Origin: Octopus sinensis
Lineage: Eukaryota
Direction: 5' to 3'
NCBI RefSeq assembly: GCF_006345805.1
Contig: NC_043023.1
Coordinates: 4,278,001-4,342,000 of the forward strand
Length of the DNA stretch: 64,000 nt
Shown here: positions 27,477 through 40,343 of the stretch, one piece after another
Position numbering within the stretch: the stretch's first letter is position 1
Layout: each line of letters begins with the position of its first letter
Made by a program: the position numbers and the translations under genes
Notes under the pieces: generated by a model
Databases searched by the model: none
Told to the model about the DNA's origin: nothing
Seen by the model: the letters and a program-made list of their open reading frames with translations, nothing else

Positions 27477-28740
27477 CTGCGGTAACACTTCTGGTTACAG
27501 GGGAGGTTGTGGAAGGCAAAAATGAGATAATTTGGCTGTTTGGACACAGATGAACTGGTACAGCTAACTGAGTAATTTGAATGCAAGAAAGCCAAAGCAG
27601 CCTTATCCAGCCCAAATAGTCTCCCAGTTTTATTTATGTTCAAACTGATCAAATTCAGCCTCTTGCACCTACCTAAGAATATCATTCTAAAGTAGTACAA
27701 TCACATCATTGAAATCTCCTCAAAGCTATGAGATAATGCAGGATTAATTTAAAAGAAAGGGAATAAACAAGCCTGAATAATCTGAATGCTAAAGGTCTAA
27801 ATACAAATATCTTCATGGACAAACACCCTTGATTAATACTCTGCTCCTAGCTGAAGAGGGTTTTTGTCTTGCAAGTTACCCAGTGACCTGTGCTACGTAG
27901 AAAGCACCTATGCTGGTGCCATGTAAAAAATCTCCCAGTACACTCTGTAAAGTGGTTGGCATCCTGTCGTAGAAACTGAGCCAAAATACATGACTAGAAC
28001 TTGGTGCAGCTCGTGGTGCCAACTCTAGCCAAATCATACAACCCATGCCAGCATGGAAAACAGATGTTAAATTATGTTGATAATGAGATGAGGATGATGA
28101 TAAACAGAGATGGAGAGGGTGGAAAGAACATGACAGATATTTAAACTAGAGAAATATTGAGCTGTCTGATGGCAAAATGGATTAGTGTCAAACTAGCAAT
28201 GCCAAATAATAAATGATGCCAAAACGGCTGTGCCAAGACATCTCATACCTTCAAAATGTGATGGCAGGTAGGTTTTTGATGTATATGAGAATGTGGGTGC
28301 CAAAACAGGGTGACCAAACTGGGTGATTGTAGAATGTGTATCTAAAGAAGTCTGCCAGCACACACTATAACAGTGGCACTCCATTAGTTATGTCCATGAT
28401 GGTTCAAGTTGATCCAATCAATGAAACAACCCGCTTGTGAAATTAAAATGCATATGGTTGAGCACTGCACAAACATGTGTACCCTTAATGTACTTTCAGG
28501 TAGATTCAGTATGACAAAGAATGTGACAAGACTGGCCCTTTAAAACACAGGTACAACTTAATATTTGCCACCTGAGTGGAATGGAGCAATGTGAGATGAA
28601 GTGTTGTGCTCAATGGCACAATGTGCCACTGGGAATCAAACTCATGATCTTACAATCTTTAGCTAAAAACCCTAAACAGTTAGCCAAATGTCTTCAACAT
28701 GAAGCTATTCATCAGACAAATGAGAGCTCAGTGGAAACTA

Positions 28741-29296
28741 TTGGGTTGTCCAGAAAGTTCGTGCCAATTTTTAAAGGAAAGAAAAAGGTCAATAAATACT
28801 TGCCATTACATTTTTAATCAACCAAATATGAACCATTTTGTTGCACGGTGCGTCTCCATCTTTCCTTTAACTTGAAAATACCCTCTTCCCAGAATTGAGG
28901 TGGTTTCAGAGCAAAGAATTCATCAAGGTATCTTTTTACATCATCCAAGAAATTGAAATTTTTACCATTAAGACTATTCTGCAGAGACCTGAATAAGTGG
29001 AAATCTGAAGGAGCAATATCTGGTGAATATGGAGGGTGGGGTAACACATCCCAGCCGAGCTGCAGCAATTTTTGTCTGGTTTCCAAAGCATCAAGTGCCG
29101 AAAATGAACTTTCTTATCATCCATTTTAAAGGGTTACAGAATTAACACAGGTTATAGGAACATAAACCTTCTCCCTTGAAAAGATAGCTTAAACTGTGCT
29201 CTAAATGGAGGTGTAGTCAAATCCTATTTTATAGACTCAAAAATAAGTCGGAAGGTAAGCTACTATAAATCGGCATGAACTTTACGGACAACCCAA
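28741..29296 (-). mobile_element. Internally deleted mariner transposon
   Basis: TA-flanked TIRs TTGGGTTGTCC.../...GGACAACCCAA. Residual N-terminus MDDKKVHFRHLML and C-terminus HPPYSPDIAPSDFHLF...LKERW...NGSY. Confidence 0.92.
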
Positions 29297-30464
29297 TATA
29301 ATAATTTGATTTTGATAGGGGTTCATGAACCAGATACTTTCTCATTTAGGTTTTGTTAATGTTAAATCTACTCCAGTTAAGTGCAACAGCACTTCTTTCT
29401 CCAAATTTTTCAAAGACAACATTTAATAATTCTATAAAACATCCTAAATGTAAATGGAACTATAACAGAAGGTTAATTATAACTTTTATCTTTTGGGAGT
29501 TGATAAAATAAAGTAGCAGTGAAATACTGGGGTAGATTTAATATTCCTATAAAACATTTGTAGTGAGGTGCAAAAAAGCCAATGCCATTTTGAAACAGCG
29601 AGATATCGCCTGCAACTATTACCATACGCAAGACAAAAATAAGATCTTGCCTGCAACCATTATTTAAGGAAATGACAACAACATTTTCCCCCTCATTCTT
29701 CTCACGCTGATGCCAAACAAGACATTGAAGCCAGGAGCTCACAGTGGACTTTTGTCCTGTTGTGATACCATATGCATTGTCTCCAGAGGTGATTGAACCT
29801 CATGTGTATGGTTACTAAAAGTAAACCTCTTGTATGAAGCACCTATGAATATACGGTTATTGAATTTACTCTGACTGAGAACTTCTTTCTTCGTATTTCC
29901 AGCTCCTTGAATCAACAGAATAATTATAATGGAAGCAGAAGATTCCCCAAAAGTATTATAAAAACCTTCTTTCCATTATACATTCTAGATGTGAATAGAA
30001 TTATAATAAAAGACTAACACTAACTTAACCTTTCATCCTTCTGGGGGTAGATAAAACACAGTCTAGAGGCTATACAAGTGAGCAGTATAGGAGGGTAGGT
30101 CTCCAATAGATTTTGCTTTAAGAAAGCAGTATTAGGGGTGAGCCTGAGTCTTCTGTTACAATTTCATTCAAATCTAGTGCCATCTATAGGAATATGAAAT
30201 CTGTTTCACTGCTACTTTATTTTATCAACCCCAGATGGATGAAAAGTATGGTTTTCTTTTATAATTCCATTCACTTCTAGAATGTTTTATAGGAATATCA
30301 ACATTCTAAGGATAAAAGTTATAATTAACCTTCTGTAATAGTTCCATTCCCATTTAGGATGTTTTAAAGGGTCATTAAATGTTGTCTTTGAAAAATTTGG
30401 AGAAAGAAGGGCTGTTGCACTTAACTGGGGTAGATTTAACATAAAAAAAATTATTATTATAATT

Positions 30465-30820
30465 ATGGCCAGGATCCAACCAAGGCTGCAGCAACAAAGT
30501 CTACTTGTTACACTTCCTGGTCCACTGCCTCAATGAGGACATTGAGGCTTTCCAGGCCAGTTTCTGCAATCAAGTTGTTGATGTAAGTGTGACAACATTT
30601 TCCTCTTATTACATCACATGAAATGGGTTCCATAAGACTAACTTGGATGCTTCCCATTCAGGATGGCACACACAAGAACTAAATAGTCACAGTTACATTT
30701 ACCTGAACTTTTTGCTAACTTTTGGCATAAATGCATTCATTTGTCATATATTGCTGCCATTTCACATTTAGGGCCATTTGTAGTGTCCATATGGCCTGTT
30801 TGATGATTTAACAAGACTTA
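30465..30820 (-). mobile_element. Highly decayed RTE-clade LINE 3' fragment
   Basis: Residual similarity to the RTE C-terminal copies at 36600 and 41950; ends in a TAA-repeat tail. Confidence 0.45.
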
Positions 30821-31177
30821 AATGAGAGAGAGTACCCCAGAGGGTGTGGAGCTACAAATATTGAAAAGGAGGTGGACAAATGGCTATTTTTTATATTTTA
30901 CCTTTTATCATTTACTTGTTTCACTCATTAGACTGCAGCCATGCTGAGGCACTGCCATGAAGGGTTTTAGTCAAACAAATCAACCCCAGTACATATTTAT
31001 TTCTTTTTAAGCCTGGTACACATTCTATCTGTCCCTCTTATCTAACTGCAAAGATGCAGGGAAGTAAACAAACCAATACAGGTTGTCAAACAATTGGTGT
31101 TAGTGTGTGGGGGACAAACACAGACACAAAAGTCAAATGCATACACATTGAAACCCTCACAGAAACACACACACATA

Positions 31178-32455
31178 CAAGGGTTGGACAAAATAATGGA
31201 AACACCTAGCCTTATAGCATCATAATTTTTAAATATCTATAAAACCGTAAAAAGTTTATTCATTTTTATATTTTTTTATTTATTATTAGCGTTGCTTAAT
31301 ATGTTTTGCTAAAATTGCTTTTTCTTTTCAGATATCATCAGTAAAAGGTAATTAAAATTCATTAAAATGACAGATCTACCAGACTTTCAAAGAGGTCAAA
31401 TTGTTTGTGCTTGTATGGCAGGTGCTAGCATAATGAAAACAGCTGAAATGTTTGGTGTATCAAGAAGTACTGTCTCGAAAGTAATGACAGCCTTTGAGAA
31501 AGAGGGAAAAACCTCCTCGTTGAAACAAAACTCAGAAGAAAACCAAAACTTTCAGATAGGGATCGTCAGACTCTTATGCGAATTGTTAGAAAGGACCACA
31601 AAAGTACAGCTCCCAAAATTGCTGCAGAGCTTAATGACCACCTTGAGAACCTAGTTTCCACAAAAACTGTTTGCCGGGAGCTGCACAAAGCTGGATTTCA
31701 TGGGAGGGCTGCAATGAGAAAACCACTACTTTCAAAAACAAACGTTGCAAGGCATTTAGAGTGGAATAAAAACCCTACAGAATTGGTCCCTAGAGCAGTG
31801 GAAGAATGTTATTTTCTCAGACGAGTCATCCATTACCTTATTTCCAACCACCAGCTGAGTATACGTGTGGAGACAGCCAAAAGAAGCATTTGACCTAGAC
31901 TGCTTTTTTTCAAATGTTAAACATGGAAGAGGATCTGTGATGATCTGGGGTCAGTGGCTGTATCTTGGAAATCCGCTGGCCCAATGGTTTCCCTTCATGG
32001 CAGAATTAATAGTCAAGACTATTTAAGCATTTTATTTGATCAAATTCATCCTATGGTTGATGAACTGTTTCCGGAGGCAAACGCAATCTTTCAGGATGAT
32101 AATGCACCAATTCACACAGCTAAAGTTGTTACTGAATGGCACGAGGAACATTCTAGTGAAGTTGAACATCTTATCTGGCCACCACAGTTCCCAGATCTCA
32201 ATGTTATTGAACATTTATGGTGCATTTTAGAAAATCAAGTAAGGAGTCAATATCCTCCACCATCATCGCTACAAGAACTGGAGACTGTTTTAGCAGAAGA
32301 ATGGACAAAAATTCCTTTGGAAACAATTCAAACTTTGTACAAGTCCATACCTTGTAGAATTCATGCTGTAATTACTGTCAAAAGTGGTCCTACCCCATAT
32401 TAAAATTAATTTGTTTGAAATTTTAAGGCGTTTCCATTATTTTGTCCAACCCCTC
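31178..32455 (+). mobile_element. Full-length Tc1-family transposon with frameshifted transposase and DD36E spacing
   Basis: TA-flanked ~30-bp TIRs (CAAGGGTTGGACAAAATAATGGAAAC). ORF pieces 31367-32403 contain an HTH (FQRGQIV...VSRSTVS), VIFSDES and FQDDNAPIH...WPPQFPDLNVIEHLW; 36 residues lie between the second D and E. Confidence 0.95.
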
Positions 32456-32460
32456 TATAT

Positions 32461-34040
32461 CATCATCATCATCATCGTCTAACGTCCGCTTTCCATGCTA
32501 GTATGGGTTGGACAATTTGACTGAGGACTGATGAACCAGATGGCTACAACAGGCTCCAATCTTGATCTGGCAGAGTCTCTACAGCTGGATACCCTTCCTA
32601 ACACCAACCACTCTGAGAGTGTAGTGGGCACTTTTACGTGCCACTGGCACGGGAGCCAGTCAGGCGGATCAGGCAATGACCTCACTTGAATGTTTTTTCA
32701 TGTGCCAGTAAGGCGATGCTGGTAATGATCATGCTCAAATGATGCCTTTTACGTGCCACTAGCACGGAAGCCAGTTAGTTGCTCTGGCATCGATCATGCT
32801 CGGATGGTGCTCTTAGCGCCCCACTAGCACGGGGTGCAAGTGTCAGTAAGGCAACACTGGTAACGATCACGCTTGAATGGTGTTCTTTGCACCCCGCTAG
32901 CACAGATGCCAGTCATTGAATTTGATTTTGATTCCACTTGCCTCAACAGGTCTTTGCAAGCAGAGTTTAGTGTCCAAAGAAGGAAAAGTACACAAGTGGG
33001 CTGGTTACGCCCCTGGCATAGGCCACGAAATTATGGTCTCATTTGGCTTGTCGGGTTTTCCCAAAAGTCTTGATCACTAGTCATTGCCTTGGTGAGGCCT
33101 AAAGTTCGAAGGTCATGCTTCACCACTTCATCCCAGGTCTTCCTGGGTCTACCTCTTCCACAGGTTCCCTCAACCGCTAGGGTGTGGCACTTTTTCACAC
33201 AGCTATCCTCATCCATTCTTGCCACATGACCATACCAGCGCAGTCGTCTCTCTTGCACACCACATCTGATGCTTCTTAGGTCCAGCTTTTCTCTCAAGGT
33301 ACTTACACTCTGTCGAGTATGCACACTGACATTAAACATCCATTGTAGCATGCTGGCTTCATTCCTTGCGAGCTTACACATGTCCTCAGCAGTCACAGCC
33401 TATGTTTCGTTGCCTGAGCATCTGCCACATACAAAAACTATCTTCCCAGTTAGCCTTCCTTTGACATTGCTGCACCTCTTATGTGTCCATAGCTTACACT
33501 GGGTACATTTTATGCCTCTACTAGTGATCGAGCAGGGTCATCTACCTGAAGGGATTTGTGGTTTGCCTGCCCTCCTACTTATTGAGACTTTGGTTTTAGC
33601 AAGGTTGACTCTAAGGCCCTTTGATTCTAATCCTTGCTTCCACACCTGAAACTTCTCCTTGAATTCTCATGGTGACTCAGCAATTAGAGTAAGGTCGTCA
33701 TCATAGAGGAGCTCCCAGGGGCATCCTGTCTTGAATTCCTCTGTTATTGCCTGGAGGACTACGATAAATAGAAGGGGGCTAAGGACTGAACCTTGGTGGA
33801 CCCCTACCGCCACCCAGAATTCTTCACTGTACTCGTTGCCAACCCTCACCTTACTGACAGCGTCCCTGTACATGGCTTGCACAGCTCTCACTAACCATTC
33901 ATCTATCCCTAGTTTCCTCATTGACCACCAGATAAGGGATCGGGAGATCCTGTCAAAGGCTTTCTCCATGTCAACAAAAAACAGAGGCTTATCTTTGGCT
34001 AGGTATTTCTCCTGCAGCTGTACCAGAAATATAGCATCAG
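32461..34040 (-). mobile_element. 5'-truncated RTE-clade LINE with repeat-containing 3' UTR and (GAT)n tail
   Basis: STTDAIF...FVDMEKAFD, GVHQGSVLSPLLF, LLYDDDL, RRLRWYGHVARM, GRGRPRKTW; tail at 32461-32480. Confidence 0.92.
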
Positions 34041-34689
34041 TGGTGCTTTTCTTTCTCATCTAAACTGCTATTTTCCACACTTTCTCTCCTTCTTTTGCTC
34101 TTCCCTCAGGCTGGGTAACCAGGTATCTCCTTTAAAGCAACACACCTGTTTCTGTCTTCATTCTTGATAATTCTCTCTCTCTGGCCGAGTAACCATGTAT
34201 CTCCTCAACAACAAAACACACTCTTGCATTTCATCATCTGACACAAGATCACATTCTTCAATGCTCTCTCTCCTCGCAAAGTACTTTTGTCTTGTAAGTT
34301 ACTTGATGATGCTGCCCAGTGCTGGTGCCATGTAAAAAGCATCCAGTCCACACTGTAAAGTGGTTAGCATTTGGAAGGGCATCCAGTTGTAAAAGCCATG
34401 CCAAAACTGACCTCACCAGTGCTGGTGCCACATAAAAAGCACTCAGTTCACTCTGCAAGGTGGTTGGTGTTAGGAAGGGCATCCAACCATAAAAACTGTG
34501 CCAAAACAGACACAGAAGTCTGGTGCAGTCTTCTGATTTGCCAGCTCCTGTCAAACCATCCAACCCATGGCCGCATGGAAGGCAGACATTAAAGTTAAAC
34601 AATGATGATGATGATGAATTAACATCCAAGGTTGTTCTTCATGTATGACAGGTAAATCCAAATATCACTTAGAAGAATTTCAAGAAATT

Positions 34690-36340
34690 CAGAGTATAAG
34701 ACAATAAGAATAACAACGGAGAAAATCACATCTTTAATTGGTGATCACACCATATATTACCAATGATTGTTTCTATTGAGCCATCATACAGGAAATGGTA
34801 TAAAATACCTGCCAAATTAATATATCCAAAAATATCTGCTATAGGATTGTGCACTAACTACTATAGACCAGGTAATTTTGAAGTCATGAGAGCTTTGCCT
34901 CTTGCAAGATCCATATAAACTTTCATAAAGCCATAGCACATTTTTTATTGGGGGTTGATAAATGAATGTTTGTGCATTTAATAGCATTTTTTGAATGTCA
35001 GAACCATTGTTCAAACATATGTTTTAAGTTCACTACACTTGTTTGATTTAACCTTGGCACTGTATACTATCAATTTTGCCAGACAGTTCCTATCCATTGG
35101 ACAGTTGTCATGAATTCTACAGTTGCATAATTTTTGTAGGCCAGCTGTTAGCATCTCTCTTCTTTTTAGCTTCACAGCATTATAATCTCTGATGTAACAC
35201 CTGAAATTCTTGCGAGCTGAATAACTAACCTTAACAGTGTTCCTAATCAATATTTTACTGTACTTATGCCCTGGTGGAAAATGGTGATTAAGAAATTCTT
35301 TAGCTGTATTAGTTTTTTACTGCTAGATCAAATAATGGGTTGTACCATAAAATGTTCCTTTTCCTATTCCTCTTCTTATGCTGTGTGTTCCCAGTATTTT
35401 TTTACATACCTAGTCTTATTAGCAAATCCATTATTTCTTAGTGCCTCATCTGCACCAACTGCACCCATAAAGGCATCTTCATCAGGAGATAACAAAGATA
35501 CCTGTTTACTAGTATTGTCATCCAAGTTCCTCAATATATAAAGTGGGTTATTTGATTGTCTGTGTATATATACTAACTTTTCATTATCCAGGCTTAATGT
35601 TGTGTCAAGAAAATTAACAGTAATAAGGTTAGTATCTACACAAATACCAAGTTCTACTTATCTTTTTTATCATTTTTTCTTGTTTCAGTCACTAGTTGTG
35701 GCCATGCTGTGGCACTGCCTTGGAGAATATTAGTCAAATGACTTATTATTATCTTTTCAAGCCTGGTACATATTCTATCTGTCTCTTTTGCTGAAATGCT
35801 AAGTTATGGGGATGCAAACATCAACACAAAGACACTAACACATAACTATATATATACAACAGGTTTCTTTCAGTTTCTGTTTACCAAATCCATTCACAAG
35901 GCTTTGGTCAGCCCAAGGTAATAGTAGAAGACATTTACCCAAGGTGCCACACAGTGGGAGTGAACCCAGAACCATGTGGTTGGGGAAGCATACTTCTAAG
36001 CACACAGCCACACCTGCACCTATTTCCTGAAGTACTTTAATCAAATCTTTCCTAAATCTTTCTAACTTATGACCATTACAATTATTTAAGAGAATCGAAC
36101 CATCATCATGATATAAGCCACAGTCCATTTCAGGAAAATTTTTTCTCAGTAAATTTAGAATATATAATTTTACTCACCTGAGCTCCATGATAAGTTTCCA
36201 TGGATGCAGCAAATAATTCATGCTTTTATTAACCTGTGTTGTTATTGAAAAGTAGAAGTGATTTGCTTGAGTTCATAATTACATAAATATCCAACTCACA
36301 AATATCATTGACTGTTTTTGCAAAATCTAGGGCCTTTAGT
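34690..36340 (-). mobile_element. Decayed Penelope-like element (RT + GIY-YIG), interrupted by SINEs at ~35660-36020
   Basis: GLYHDDG...LERFRKDLIKV, VNFLDTTL, NTVKVSYS, CNCR...CPMDRNCL...VYSAKV, ITWSIV. Confidence 0.85.
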
Positions 36341-36599
36341 AAGCCTTTAGCATTCAATCCGGCCAAAATATTTAATGGGTTTTGTGCTCAAACTGGCCGG
36401 ATACAGCCTCTCACCTCAACCCTACAATGACGTTTTAAAACTAAATAACCACATCATTGAAACAATATAAATAAACAAACATCACATTTGACAGAATAAC
36501 CTGAATACTAAAGAGTTAACAGAGTTTTGGTTATAGAGGGTTAAAAGCCAGCAATGTCAAACTGTGTGAATCTACAGTTCCCCTTCTCTTTTATTCCCT

Positions 36600-37185
36600 T
36601 AAACTATGGATGTGCTTCTTAAGTGTTACACTATATCTTGAGTCATACATATCATCATCTGAAAAAGACTTTCTTACTAGAAAGGGTATGGCCTGGTCAG
36701 CCTGTAATGATATGCATAAGATCTGGTCATCAAATCTAAGTAGAGATTTCAAACTTAAAATCTTCAAAGCCACAGTCGAACCAATTCTACTATATGGCTC
36801 AGAAACCTGGACGTTATCAAAGAAGTTTGAGAGGCGGTTGGATGGAACTTACACTTGCCTCCTTATGAGAGCTCAAAATCTCTCGTGGAAGCGTCATCAA
36901 ACCAAAGTACAAATATATGGGAAACTACCACCTGTATTATCTCTTGTGAAAGGTAGAAGAGTCCAGTTTGCTGGACATTGTTGTAGAGCTGAAAACGAAG
37001 TAATTTCTACTCTTCTCCTCTGGAAGCCATCTGCTTGCGATACCAGAGGGCGTACACTCTCCTACCCTGATGTAATCTCCAGGGATACAGGCATCCAGCA
37101 ACAGGACCTCTGTAATGCTATGATGGACTGTGAAGTCTGGCGTAACATAGTAAATTCCATTGTCTCGACCACGGTCAAACAAATG
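36600..37185 (+). mobile_element. RTE-clade LINE 3' fragment
   Basis: KLKIFKATVEPILLYGSETWTL...RRVQFAGHCCR...MDCEVWR. Confidence 0.88.
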
Positions 37186-38431
37186 AAAAAAAATTAACAC
37201 TAGATTCAAACCCATGTTTTGCCACTTACAAGTTGATGTAACTGATATTTTGTCCAAGCAACAACCATTGTTCACATGGTATTTCTGCAGCCCATCTGAA
37301 ACTTTCTGTGAGCAAAGCCTATAAGTACAGTCAATAAAGGCACCAATTTCACAGAGTGTCAAGATATCCAAGCCCATATGATGTTCTCCACTCTTACCGA
37401 TTTTGGAGTGTCTTGGGTCAATCTTCAAATTACATTCTTTCTGTCGCTGTTTTAATGGCTGCATATTCAATCAAGGATTTTGAAGAAGGAGTCACGACAC
37501 AGCACCTGTATACTTGCTTAAATATATTTAAAACTAGCACAAGTGTTAAATTTCAAACAGACATTTTCCTTGCATGTCATATTATGCTATTTCCACTTTA
37601 CGGTTTCCATTAATTGTAATACACGAACATCTTTTCATTCTAATGTAACACAATAAATTATATTCAAATTACTATACAAATTTCTGTTAACTTGGTTTTA
37701 TATGTGAACACGCAGCCGAAACTATATCCACTTAACCATCTGACCTCATAATCTTAATGATGAAAGTTTTTTTTACTCTGAAAAAGGATTTTTTCTCAAA
37801 CTACTCCTAACTCTGGCTTTGCTGGGTTAATCAATCTATGCTTAAGGTTACTCTCGAAGTTTACTATAAGGTCCTTCAGAGAACTGGGGTGCCAGACAAT
37901 CTACCCTAATATTTATTTTTACTATTTTGAAAATATTATTTTGTTTTGTTTTTGCACAATCATAACTTTTGATGCTTAAAACATATAGATCCCCAAAAAG
38001 TACTATTTTAGGGTTACAAGATAATTTCCGACGCTACTGTATAGGATTGCCTTTAAGATACATATTGAGGGAGAGTGTTGTGTGTCTGTAGGAGAAATAG
38101 ATAGTGAGTAAGAGAGAGACAGTGAGAGTGTGTGTGTGTGTGTGCGCGCGTATAAAGAAAAGGTGGGAGAGGAGAAATAGATGGAATGATAAAGAGAAAG
38201 TGCATGGAAAAGAATGTGAGTGTGTGCATCTGTGGTTACATGTAGCGTTTGATTATGCATGTGTGTGTGTGTGTGTGCATATGCAATAGAACCAGAGAAA
38301 TGGATAGAAAGATACATATAGAGGGAGGGTGCAAATCTGTAGGAGAAAAAGAGTAAAAGAAAGAGAGAGAGAATAAAGTTGTATAGTAGAAAGAAAGCGA
38401 GACGGTTAAAACGAAAGGTAGATCAGAGTTC

Positions 38432-38530
38432 GGCCAATCAGAATGGCTTTTTCATGCACCTATCAAAGATTAGCCAATCAACACTCAGCTAACATAACGG
38501 TGTTCGGCTAAGGTAGAAACATGGCGGCGG
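38432..38530 (+). promoter_or_regulatory. CBLL1 proximal promoter: two NF-Y CCAAT boxes and a YY1-type motif over the start codon
   Basis: GGCCAATCAG (CCAAT 38434-38438) and AGCCAATCA (38474-38478), 40 bp apart; AAACATGGCGGC spans the ATG; locally CpG-rich. Confidence 0.65.
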
Positions 38531-38536
38531 AAGCAG
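38521..38536 (+). CDS. CBLL1: CBLL1/Hakai coding exon 1 (MAAEA, phase 1)
   Basis: ATGGCGGCGGAAGCAG|GTAAGT; phase matches the next exon. Confidence 0.8.
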
Positions 38537-40343
38537 GTAAGTGAAAATATTAGATGTTCAATGTCAAAGATATTTCGTTTACCAGGGGACAGTCGAGCTG
38601 GGATTGAATTCATGCACATAGCATATCTTAGTGTTTGGCCCGATGCTTTTCAAGTCCTGGGTTGACCCCCTTTTAAACGTGGACGACGTGAGAAAACACA
38701 CGCTGCTTGTTTGCTGGTCTGTTTTGGTTTGCTTTCAAAACGTCAAGCTAACTTGTTGATTTGATAAGAAGATGGAAAAATAGGGAAGCCAGAGCCGGAC
38801 CCCTAATCTTGGTTCAATCCTAGGTCACAGATACATGCAAATATTTGTTAATTTCATTGTGTTTGTTCCTTTTTCCTGTGATAGTCATTCAGCATTCCAT
38901 GTAAACCATTTTGCTCCCTTCGTCGCCATGCAGAACGTCTTGTATTTCCCGGTTGAAACCTAACGGACCTACCCGTTCTAGTCGTTTTGCTTGTCACACT
39001 AATAGGTGCAAAACTGTGTCCTCCCACTTTTTTGGGGGTGTCTCGTCATCACAGACTGGTGGAAGAAAATGAAGATGTTGAAAAAAAAAAAAAAAGAAGC
39101 ACGTTTTACGGGAGGAAGATTGGTCACAAAGTGAACCCCGTTAATGACACCCAAGGACCAAATTGCGGCGTTGAACAGAGCGACCGGTCAAACCTAGAAC
39201 CACCTAATAACCAACCACATGGCCACACCTGCTCCCAAACACTTTCTTTTTCAACATGTAGATCTGCATGTTGTATCATTATTAAAACTAGCGGCAGAGA
39301 TTAAATACAGGACATTGCTCACGATTTGCAATTCGAGTTCATTTTAAATTTTAAAAAAAATTTGAAATAGAACAAAACGGAATCGATAAATAAAAAGAGA
39401 ACAGATTTTCTTTGCCGAAAGCATTTTACATTGAAAAATATGTATTCAGATTCTTTATGCTTTGAGATGAAATATACCATTGGCCGCTCTTTTGAATCTC
39501 TTTTACTTGTTTCAGTCATTGGACTGCAGCTATGCTGGGGCATCGCCTCGAAGGCTTTTACTCGAACAAATCGACCTCAGTATTTACGTTTTCCCTTTAT
39601 TCTTAACATTGGTGCTTGTTCTATCAGTCTCATGCCGAACCGCTAAGTTATGAGAACGTAAACAAACGTATATACGTAATGGACCTCCGTACAGTTTCTT
39701 TTTACCAAATCCATTAGCAAGGCATTGATCTGCGCTATAGTAGAAGAAACTTGGTCAAAGTGCTGCGCAGGGGAACTGAACCCGGAACTATTTGGTTGCA
39801 AAGTGAGCCTCTGAATCACACATTATGTTGTAGATTTTTTGGTAAAAGACGAAATCCGTTACCCATTTAAGCTCCATTACCCGATCCTTTGATGTCTTTA
39901 GCAGGGTCCACTTGCAAACATTTAGGCAATATCTCCTATTCAAGGATAACTTCCTCTCTGTTTCGGAGTCATTAGACTACCGCCATGCTGGGGCACCACC
40001 CTGAAAATTTTAATAGTCGAACGAATAAACCTCAGTACTGATTTTAAAAACACGTTACTTACTCTTTCGCTGAACCGCTAGCTAACGGGGGACGTAAACA
40101 TTGGTTGTCAAGCGGTGGTGGGGCTTGACCACAGACACCAACACACATATGAAGAGCTTCTTTCAGTTTCTGTTTACCAAATCCATTCACAAGACTTTGG
40201 TCGGCCCAAGGCTATAGTAGAAGATACTCACCCAAGATGCCACACAGTGAGGCCATGTAGTTGGGAAGCAAGCTTCTTACCACACAGCCATGTTGTACCT
40301 AGGTGTGTGTGTATATACATACACTCACATATAAATACACATA

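Noticed and set aside
24513-27615. Three overlapping ~930-980 aa minus-strand ORFs
   Set aside because: The 53-bp unit has no minus-strand stop in any frame, so all frames stay open; frequent 1-2 bp indels show no frame constraint.
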